From Candidatus Vogelbacteria bacterium RIFOXYB1_FULL_42_16 (GTDB lineage: Bacteria; Patescibacteriota; Minisyncoccia; Phycocordibacterales; XYD1-FULL-46-19), in NCBI GenBank assembly GCA_001823055.1, contig MHTH01000005.1, positions 34,667 to 98,666 on the forward strand: a stretch of 64,000 nt of DNA. Direction: 5' to 3'. The notes beneath the pieces are model-generated. The model worked only from the letters and a program-made list of their open reading frames with translations. It was not told where the DNA came from and searched no databases. How positions within the stretch are numbered: position 1 is the first letter of the stretch; every line of letters starts with the position of its first letter. Shown here in pieces: positions 1 to 6,800 of this stretch. The position numbers and the translations under genes were made by a program.

Positions 1-1351
1 TGGTATTGGTGGTATTGGTATGTCGGCCATTGCGCGGATGTTATTGTTGGACCCACCTTCGCAAAGCTTCGGCGAGGAGAGGAGGATAATGGGTTCTGAT
101 CGAGCCAAGAGTGTCGTGACCGAAGAATTAGAAAAACTTGGGGTCAAGATTTTTTATCAACAGGTGGCGAAAAATATTTCAGCGGATATTGATTTGGTTA
201 TTTATACCATTGCTATTTCCGAAGATAATCCAGAATTGAAAAAAGCCAGAGAATTGGGGATCGAGTGTCGAACTTATCCGGAAATGCTTGGTTTGATCTC
301 AGCCGATAAATATACGATTGCGGTGGCGGGAACGCATGGTAAAACCACGACCACAGCCATGATTGCTAAAGTTTTGATCGAGGCCAAACTTGATCCGATG
401 GTGATTGTTGGTAGCTTACTGCTCCCCGAGGGTAACCCTAGGGAAATTTCCCTAGGGTTACCCTCGGGGAAAGCCACTAATTTCATCGCCGGCCAAAGCG
501 ACTATTTTGTCGTCGAAGCTTGTGAATACAGGCGATCATTTTTAAATCTTAATCCCAAGATTGGCATTATCACCAATATTGACAGTGATCATTTGGATTA
601 CTACAAAGATCTAGCAGATATTCAATTGGCTTTTTCGGAATTTGCCAGCCGAATCCCGACAGATGGCTTTTTGATTTGCGATATCAGTGATCCATTACTA
701 TCACCAGTAATCAACCGAACCAAAGCCCAAATAATTGATTATTGTTCACTTGGAGGTTTCACCTCCAAGTTGGAATTGTTGGTCCCAGGGGAACACAATA
801 TTAAAAATGCTCAATGCGCTTTGGCTGTAGCCCAGATTTTAAATGTTGAACAGAATACGGCGATCGAAGCTTTGAAAAAATTTACTGGCACATGGCGTCG
901 CTTTGAATATAAAGGTCAAACCAAAAATGACGCTTTAGTTTATGACGATTACGCTCATCATCCGACGGAAATTAGAGCCACGATCGGTGGTGCGCGGGAA
1001 TTTATGGCCAAAAGAAATTTAATGGGGAAATTAATTATCGCTTTTCAACCCCATCTCTATAGCCGGACCAAAGCTTTAATGACTGATTTTGCCGAGGCTT
1101 TGAGTCTGGTGGACAAAGTAATGGTGGCCAAAATATATGCGGCCCGTGAACTATTTGATCCGGAGGTTAAAGAAGAAAAATTGGTGGAATTAATCAACGC
1201 TAAGGCTGGTAAAAATATCGCTAGTTTTTTCGGTGATTTTGTTTCAATTGAACAAGACTTAGAAAATGAATCAAAAGTTGGAGATTTGGTGGTCGTCATG
1301 GGTGCGGGTGATATCAACCAAGTGGCGAACAGTTTGGTGATGAAAAATTAA
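1..1351 (+). CDS. murC: UDP-N-acetylmuramate--L-alanine ligase (5'-truncated by window edge)
   Basis: Frame is open from base 2 (GIGGIGMS). Motifs AGTHGKTTT, VVEACEY, TNIDSDHLDYY, DDYAHHPTE, FQPHLYSRT, MGAGDI. Confidence 0.97.
   Translation, partial: GIGGIGMSAIARMLLLDPPSQSFGEERRIMGSDRAKSVVTEELEKLGVKIFYQQVAKNISADIDLVIYTIAISEDNPELKKARELGIECRTYPEMLGLISADKYTIAVAGTHGKTTTTAMIAKVLIEAKLDPMVIVGSLLLPEGNPREISLGLPSGKATNFIAGQSDYFVVEACEYRRSFLNLNPKIGIITNIDSDHLDYYKDLADIQLAFSEFASRIPTDGFLICDISDPLLSPVINRTKAQIIDYCSLGGFTSKLELLVPGEHNIKNAQCALAVAQILNVEQNTAIEALKKFTGTWRRFEYKGQTKNDALVYDDYAHHPTEIRATIGGAREFMAKRNLMGKLIIAFQPHLYSRTKALMTDFAEALSLVDKVMVAKIYAARELFDPEVKEEKLVELINAKAGKNIASFFGDFVSIEQDLENESKVGDLVVVMGAGDINQVANSLVMKN
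52..82. repeat. Short palindromic coding insert (CCTTCGCAAAGCTTCGGCGAGG family) in murC
   Basis: Encodes PPSQSFGEER. Resembles the 30-bp unit at 8561-8590 and the 33-bp units at 8475-8636 and 53342-53407. Confidence 0.65.
423..470. repeat. Perfect 48-bp palindrome inside murC
   Basis: TCCCCGAGGGTAACCCTAGGGAAA|TTTCCCTAGGGTTACCCTCGGGGA, no loop. Both strands encode PEGNPREISLGLPSG. Confidence 0.95.
748..770. repeat. 10-bp inverted repeat inside murC
   Basis: ACTTGGAGGT-TTC-ACCTCCAAGT. Confidence 0.8.
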
Positions 1352-1360
1352 AAAAAAGAC

Positions 1361-1515
1361 AAAAAAATTCGGCTCCACTTTTGCAAGTGGAGCCCTAGCT
1401 TGAACTCAGGATTGGAGCCCAAGCCTGATGTAGACAGATCAGAGGTTTGTACCCGCTGTCGCTGGCCATTCGGCCAGTATCCCTTTACTGTTTGAGCAGT
1501 AATACATCTGTCGTC
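1361..1515 (-). ncRNA. Candidate structured small RNA (family not recognised)
   Basis: Five stems in ~150 nt. Minus-strand TTGACA at 1543-1538. Terminal 10-bp hairpin 1371-1394 followed on the minus strand by a U-run (A-run 1361-1367). Confidence 0.45.
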
Positions 1516-1601
1516 ACAATATATCATTTATATATTTTGTCAATATTTTGTAAAGCCAGTAATTTGAATTTAACGGAACATCTGTGCTAAATTTAATCCA
1601 T

Positions 1602-3422
1602 ATGGAAAAACACCCTCTTCACCTCAAAAATCCAGAATTACAAACTTCGCCCGAAGTTGATCGGGCGGTCGAACGACAGGAGCGTCGAACCGACCAAAAA
1701 GTGCCTAATGATCCGACTGAGCGTATTGAAGCTTATCTTGACCGACTGGAGAATATTTTTCTTAATCCGGATGAAAGGAAACGCGAGCGCAATCTCGAGA
1801 TGTTTCGAGATAAAATTTATGACACTTTGGTTATCAAACCAGAACAGGTGCCTGAATCATATTTTGAACTTCAAAAACAAGTGGCTAGGGAACATGGCCA
1901 AGCGATTGAAAATATACCGCTAAATGTTCGGGACCAAATGATTGAAACGATCATTGCTGACCAGAAGCATTCTCTTGATCAGTGGATTGACTATTTGACC
2001 TCCGAAGATGTCGCTTATCCGCCTTGGTTTAAATATTTGGTCTGGCGAAATGTTATCAAACTTTCTCAATTTGATAAAACCCTCGGTAAATTCAAGGATC
2101 GCACTGAATCAACAGTGGCTCCTTATCCAGATATTTATCGCGCGCCATTAGCGAAAATTCTCGATATCTATGAGCAAGCGATCAAAGACAAAACCAATCT
2201 TAGAGATTCTGAAGTTCAAGCCAATTTCTCTAAACGTTTTGCCAAACTTTATGCCGAGCTGATTTCAGAATCTTTGGCAGTTCGTATCGAAAACAAAGAG
2301 GAAGTCAAAGGTGTCTGGGTTAAATATTCTAAAGGTAATATGGCCGAGGCCGATAAACTCTTTGAGTCAGTTCAGGCCAAAGGTACCGGCTGGTGCGTTG
2401 AAGGTCGAACGACGGCTCAAAACTATATCAAACAAGGTGATTTTTATGTCTATTACACGGAGGACAATAATGGCTTGCCGACTCAACCTCGTATGGCTAT
2501 CCAAATGAACGGAACGCAAATTGGTCAAATTCGAGGTGTTTTGAATCATCAAGAATTAGAACCGATCATGGCCGATGTTTTGGAGACCAAGCTCAAAGAA
2601 TTTGGGCCGGAGGCTGATAGTTACCAGAAGAAGAATTCTGACATGAAAAAGATGACGGCTATCGAAAAGAAGAGCCAATCGGGGATAGCGTTGTCAAAAG
2701 ACGATTTGGTATTTTTGTATGAAATCGGTGCTCCTATTGAAGGTTTTGGTTACGACCGCGACCCGCGCATTGCCGAGCTTCGCCAAGGCAGAAATCCAGA
2801 GGAAGACATGATGACTATTTTTGAATGTGCTAAAGAGCAAATTGCTCACTCAGCAGCAGAAATTGACGATGACACCATAGCCTATGTTGGTCCTTGGAAT
2901 GTTGCTGTTTATCAAATAATCAAAAAATATCCCCAGATTCAACATCTTTACGAATCTTTTCCTGATCAGAAAATTTTTATGATGACTCAGGAGACCGACC
3001 AGAGGATCAATTCTCTGGCTAAAGCCGAAGAGGTTTTGAAAGCCAAAAATATTTATATTTCAAATTGGGCGCAAGATATTTTGCAAAAAACTGATTTTAG
3101 TCGAGAAGCTAAAACTTACAAGTTGGTTCAATTTACTGTCGAACAGCTGGGTTTTAGTAGTGGTGCTACTACTGACCAAATTTATGCCAAGGCTCAAGAA
3201 TTAGGTTTAAAACTTTGCCCAGCGGAAGTTGGTCCACGACTTCGTCTTCAGTATGATGGTAAAGATTGGAAACTTATTGCCATGAAGCAGATTACCGATC
3301 GCGGTGGCCTTCCGAGTGTTTTCTACTTGCTTGCCGGCGGAGGGCAGTTGGGGCTCTACGCCGATGATGCTCATCCGGACCGCGGGTGGGGTTCGGGCCG
3401 CCGCTTCGTCTTTCTCTCGTAA
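1602..3422 (+). CDS. DGR target (variable) protein with C-terminal VR, probable CLec-like fold
   Basis: The last 43 codons match TR apart from changes at adenines. Start is probably ATG 1602 (the track uses GTG 1584). No signal peptide or TM segment seen. Confidence 0.9.
   Translation: MEKHPLHLKNPELQTSPEVDRAVERQERRTDQKVPNDPTERIEAYLDRLENIFLNPDERKRERNLEMFRDKIYDTLVIKPEQVPESYFELQKQVAREHGQAIENIPLNVRDQMIETIIADQKHSLDQWIDYLTSEDVAYPPWFKYLVWRNVIKLSQFDKTLGKFKDRTESTVAPYPDIYRAPLAKILDIYEQAIKDKTNLRDSEVQANFSKRFAKLYAELISESLAVRIENKEEVKGVWVKYSKGNMAEADKLFESVQAKGTGWCVEGRTTAQNYIKQGDFYVYYTEDNNGLPTQPRMAIQMNGTQIGQIRGVLNHQELEPIMADVLETKLKEFGPEADSYQKKNSDMKKMTAIEKKSQSGIALSKDDLVFLYEIGAPIEGFGYDRDPRIAELRQGRNPEEDMMTIFECAKEQIAHSAAEIDDDTIAYVGPWNVAVYQIIKKYPQIQHLYESFPDQKIFMMTQETDQRINSLAKAEEVLKAKNIYISNWAQDILQKTDFSREAKTYKLVQFTVEQLGFSSGATTDQIYAKAQELGLKLCPAEVGPRLRLQYDGKDWKLIAMKQITDRGGLPSVFYLLAGGGQLGLYADDAHPDRGWGSGRRFVFLS
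3291..3419 (+). repeat. DGR variable repeat (VR)
   Basis: 129-bp gap-free alignment to 3737-3865 with 23 mismatches, all at TR adenines. Ends at the target stop codon. Confidence 0.97.
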
Positions 3423-3476
3423 GTCTTTAAATTTTGATCACTTTGGATTTTTTAGAGATTTTGTTTCTTCTTACCT

Positions 3477-3504
3477 TTGATTTTTGAAATTTTTTTTGTA
3501 AAAT
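3477..3504 (+). promoter_or_regulatory. Putative sigma70 promoter for the TR RNA
   Basis: TTGATT-N16-TAAAAT between the target stop and TR. Confidence 0.35.
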
Positions 3505-3736
3505 TATCTAGGCTTGATTGATTCAGACGGTTACGGCTTTCTGAAATCTGGCTAGTTGGCACATATTGAGAATGTAAATGGCCAAGGCTTTTTACAGAGG
3601 ATAGGCGTTTTTCTTTCAAAAAAGAAATCAACTTGGTGCGCGATACTGGCGGATTTTTGATCCCAAATAAAATACAGCTAAGCCATTTTATCTTTTTGAT
3701 AATCTGGTCGGCAGTGACACAGATGGTTTCGCGCAC

Positions 3737-3865
3737 AATACCGATCGCGATGGCAATCCGAATGTTTTCAACTTGAATGCCGACGAAGAGCAGTTGAAGC
3801 TCAACGCCAATGATGCTCATCCGGACAACAGGTGGAATTCGGACAACCGCTTCGTCTTTCTCTCG
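3737..3865 (+). ncRNA. DGR template repeat (TR)
   Basis: Adenine-rich copy of VR with 10 AAY codons in the VR frame. The last 19 nt are identical to VR. Confidence 0.97.
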
Positions 3866-3880
3866 CCAGAGTCTTCTTTT

Positions 3881-3910
3881 CCGCATCTACAGGGTGCGGT
3901 TTTTCTTTTC
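3881..3910 (+). terminator. Hairpin plus U-tract just downstream of TR
   Basis: CCGCATCT-ACA-GGGTGCGG (two G-U pairs) followed by TTTTTCTTTT. Contains the avd stop codon on the other strand. Confidence 0.5.
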
Positions 3911-4210
3911 CAAATTATCAGAATTTTTCTTCCAACCACCGAGCATTTTGCCAATCTCTTCGAGTTTGAGGGCGATTTCTTCACATTGACGATGGGAAAT
4001 GAGTTTGGCTTCCCATGCGACCGAGATGAGAAATTTCAAAGTGTCTAATAATAAAATACAGCGGGATATTTTTTCAATTTTCTTGTCTTTGGCGGTAAAA
4101 TAAGCGACATATGACAAATCTAACAAGTCGAGAAATTTATTTTCTATTCTGGCGCCGATAGTATGGCGAGTATTTTTGGCAAGATGAGGAACGATATCAA
4201 TCCAAATCAA
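3887..4210 (-). CDS. avd: DGR accessory variability determinant (Avd-like four-helix bundle); true start probably upstream of 4210
   Basis: Size ~110-130 aa. R-H-T-I-G-A-R-I-E pattern and EIGKMLGGW C-terminal motif typical of bAvd. Located between TR and RT. Frame stays open upstream (..ILSRIKESY-LIW) but has no in-frame ATG. Confidence 0.85.
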   Translation of the reverse strand: MIWIDIVPHLAKNTRHTIGARIENKFLDLLDLSYVAYFTAKDKKIEKISRCILLLDTLKFLISVAWEAKLISHRQCEEIALKLEEIGKMLGGWKKNSDNLEKKNRTL

Positions 4211-4220
4211 ATAACTCTCT

Positions 4221-5246
4221 TTGATACGACTAAGGATCGAAGCATCACCGAGAGAGAGAGAGAGTAAAAGGTGGTCGTGGCATAGTTACGATCATATCAT
4301 TTCTGTTGGAAATTTGCTTCAAGCTTGGCGAGAATTTTTGCGTGGCAAACGTCGACGCCAAGATGTTCAATTATTTTCGCTTCATTTGACTGATAATATT
4401 CTAGCACTACATAGAGAATTGACTCATAAAAATTACTGTCATGGGTCATATCAGGCTTTTAATATCAATGATCCAAAACCGCGTTCCATTCACAAGGCCA
4501 GTGTTCGTGATCGACTAATCCATCACGCTGTCTATCGTATTCTTTATCCATATTTTAATCAGAAATTTATCTATGATTCATATTCTTGTCGTTTAAACAA
4601 GGGGACCCATCGAGCGATAAATCGTCTACGAATTTTTGGTCGAAAAATTTCGCAAAATAACACCAGAACTGTCTGGGTGTTAAAGGGCGATATTAGGAAA
4701 TTTTTTGCTTCCATTGACCATCAAATTCTTATCAACATCTTAAAAAAACACGAACCAGACCCAGATATTATCTGGTTACTGGAGCAAGTGATTGGTAGTT
4801 TTTATACCGCTAGGCAAGGCCTAGGGTTGCCTTTGGGTAATCTGACCTCGCAACTACTAGTAAATATTTATATGAATGAGTTTGACCACTTTGTAAAAAG
4901 GAAATTGAAAGAAAAATTTTACATTCGTTATGCTGATGATTTTGTGATCTTGGGTGATAATAGAAAGGATTTATTAGAATTAATCCCAAAATTATCAAGT
5001 TTTTTGCTAGAACATCTTAAGCTTACTCTACATCCCAATAAAGTTTTTATTAAAACCTTAGCTTCTGGTGTAGATTTTCTTGGTTGGACTAATTTTCCTC
5101 ATCATCGGGTTCTAAGATTTACCACAAGAAGAAGAGTATTAAGAAAGATAAAAAAATCAAAAATGACCACCGCAACCATAGCTTCATATAAGGGCTTATT
5201 AATACACGGTAATACTTATAAACTGCGAAATCTATTTAAGCAATAA
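4221..5246 (+). CDS. DGR reverse transcriptase (start uncertain)
   Basis: KPRSIHKASVRDRLIHHA, DIRKFFASIDH, GLPLGNLTSQLLVNIYM, RYADD, GVDFLG. Length ~340 aa with no endonuclease domain. Adjacent to TR and avd. Confidence 0.96.
   Translation: MIRLRIEASPRERESKRWSWHSYDHIISVGNLLQAWREFLRGKRRRQDVQLFSLHLTDNILALHRELTHKNYCHGSYQAFNINDPKPRSIHKASVRDRLIHHAVYRILYPYFNQKFIYDSYSCRLNKGTHRAINRLRIFGRKISQNNTRTVWVLKGDIRKFFASIDHQILINILKKHEPDPDIIWLLEQVIGSFYTARQGLGLPLGNLTSQLLVNIYMNEFDHFVKRKLKEKFYIRYADDFVILGDNRKDLLELIPKLSSFLLEHLKLTLHPNKVFIKTLASGVDFLGWTNFPHHRVLRFTTRRRVLRKIKKSKMTTATIASYKGLLIHGNTYKLRNLFKQ
4250..4264. repeat. G(AG)7 simple-sequence tract in the avd/RT 5' overlap
   Basis: GAGAGAGAGAGAGAG read directly. 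Confidence 0.9.
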
Positions 5247-5289
5247 ATTAGTTGGTCAAAAAGATTAATTTTGCTATAATAAAAAGTCT

Positions 5290-5499
5290 ATGAAGCGTAT
5301 TATTTGGCGAAATCGAGCCAATGCTATTTTAGGGATTTTGGTAGTTCTGGTGGCTATTTTAGAAGGCCCTTCGGCCTGGATGCGAACAATGATTCTGGTG
5401 GCCTTGGGAGTTCTCATCACCTTTTTTGGTCTAGCCAGAACTAGTCAGCGTCAAAACGAAGAAGTAGCGCCTTTGCCAACAGAAAATCCTAAAAGCTAA
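5290..5499 (+). CDS. Small membrane protein (2 TM)
   Basis: Two hydrophobic segments. TATAAT lies 9 nt upstream of the ATG. Confidence 0.7.
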   Translation: MKRIIWRNRANAILGILVVLVAILEGPSAWMRTMILVALGVLITFFGLARTSQRQNEEVAPLPTENPKS

Positions 5500-5513
5500 A
5501 AAATTTTAATCAA

Positions 5514-6707
5514 TTGATGTCTAAACGCCGTCAAAATCTAATCGTGGTTGTCGGAGTAGTTTTTTTGTTGTTGGCCGGCGCTTGGGCCTTGGCGGCGGTT
5601 TTTGGTGGTAGTGTCGAATATGATCGTAACGGCAAAAAGGTGGCGATTAAAGGAAAAGCTAAATCGTCTGTTGCGACGGTGGCGGTGGCAACCAATACCG
5701 AGCCGGTGGTGACTCACCTAAAAACTCCCAAAGCGGTCAAAGCGATTTATATGACCAGCTGGATCGCCGGATCAAAAAATTTGCGACCACGACTAATTGA
5801 TTTGATCGATCGCACCGAATTGAACGCCGTGGTAATTGATATTAAGGATTATACCGGTTTGATCGCTTTTGAAATTGATAATCCGGCGATCAAGAAACTT
5901 GGTTCGTTCGAAAAGAGAATAACCGATCTGCCGGCATTGATCGCTGAATTGCATCGGAAAAATATTTATGTCATTGGTCGTATTTCGACTTTTCAAGACG
6001 CGTCGTTGGCCAAAAAGCGTCCTGATTTGGCTGTTAAAAGAGCCAGTGATGGTGCGGTCTGGCGTGACCGCAAAGGGATTTCCTGGCTCGATGCCGGCTC
6101 GAAAGAAGCTTGGGATTATACTGTTTTATTGGCCAAAGAATCCTACGCGCTGGGTTTTGATGAATTGAATTTTGACTATATTCGTTTTCCGTCCGATGGT
6201 AACATGCGCGATATCGCTTATCCTTTTTCTCATGCCACTGAAAGCAATAAGCCGGATGTTTTGGCTGGTTTTTTCAAGTATCTATCGAGCCAACTTCATC
6301 CGCTGGGCATTCCGATCTCGGCTGATTTATTTGGCATGGTTTGCACCAATTATGATGATTTAGGGATTGGCCAAGTGCTAGAAAAAGCGGCGCCCTATTT
6401 TGATTTTATTGCGCCGATGGTCTACCCGTCTCATTACCCGACCGGTTATATGGGCATTAAAAAACCGGCTCTGTCACCTTATGCGGTAATCAATCACAAT
6501 ATGAAAGTAGCGGCGGAACGTTTAGAAAAAGCCAGCACGACGCGGGCCAAATTGCGTCCGTGGTTGCAAGATTTTGATTTGGGGGCTGATTATACGGCCG
6601 AGATGATCCGCGAAGAAAAGCGGGCGGTTTATGATAATGGTCTAAATTCGTGGATGATGTGGGATCCGGGCAATCATTATACGACGGGAGCGTACGATAG
6701 CATCTAG
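5514..6707 (+). CDS. Putative glycoside hydrolase (DUF4015-like), N-terminal membrane anchor
   Basis: LNAVVIDIKD, GFDELNFDYIRFP, PMVYPSHY, RPWLQDF. Confidence 0.8.
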   Translation: MMSKRRQNLIVVVGVVFLLLAGAWALAAVFGGSVEYDRNGKKVAIKGKAKSSVATVAVATNTEPVVTHLKTPKAVKAIYMTSWIAGSKNLRPRLIDLIDRTELNAVVIDIKDYTGLIAFEIDNPAIKKLGSFEKRITDLPALIAELHRKNIYVIGRISTFQDASLAKKRPDLAVKRASDGAVWRDRKGISWLDAGSKEAWDYTVLLAKESYALGFDELNFDYIRFPSDGNMRDIAYPFSHATESNKPDVLAGFFKYLSSQLHPLGIPISADLFGMVCTNYDDLGIGQVLEKAAPYFDFIAPMVYPSHYPTGYMGIKKPALSPYAVINHNMKVAAERLEKASTTRAKLRPWLQDFDLGADYTAEMIREEKRAVYDNGLNSWMMWDPGNHYTTGAYDSI

Positions 6708-6800
6708 CTGTTAGTTTTTAGCTTATAGCTTTTAGGATTTTTCTTAAAGCTAATAGCAAAAAGCTTTTATACAAAAAAATTTTTGGTATAATCTAGTTAA

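Larger units (their letters stand above)
1602..5246. mobile_element. Diversity-generating retroelement cassette (target-VR, TR, avd, RT)
   Basis: All four components are present within 3.7 kb. Confidence 0.95.

Noticed and set aside
3452-4048. ORFs 3452-3886(-) and 3773-4048(+)
   Set aside because: They are read-throughs of TR and its antisense strand. The + ORF merely mirrors the VR peptide and overlaps avd.
3856-4258. CTTTCTCTCG (TR 3' end) complementary to CGAGAGAGAG at 4249-4258, as inversion ends or an RNA duplex
   Set aside because: Only 10 low-complexity bases with one mismatch; could easily be chance.
4221-5246. Group II intron or retron interpretation of the RT
   Set aside because: The RT is short with no endonuclease domain, no intron domain V or msr/msd was seen, and TR/VR plus avd explain it as a DGR.
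6705-6768. Degenerate TAGCTNN heptamer repeats with an inverted counterpart
   Set aside because: Short and degenerate. Possibly a weak terminator, but too little evidence to call.
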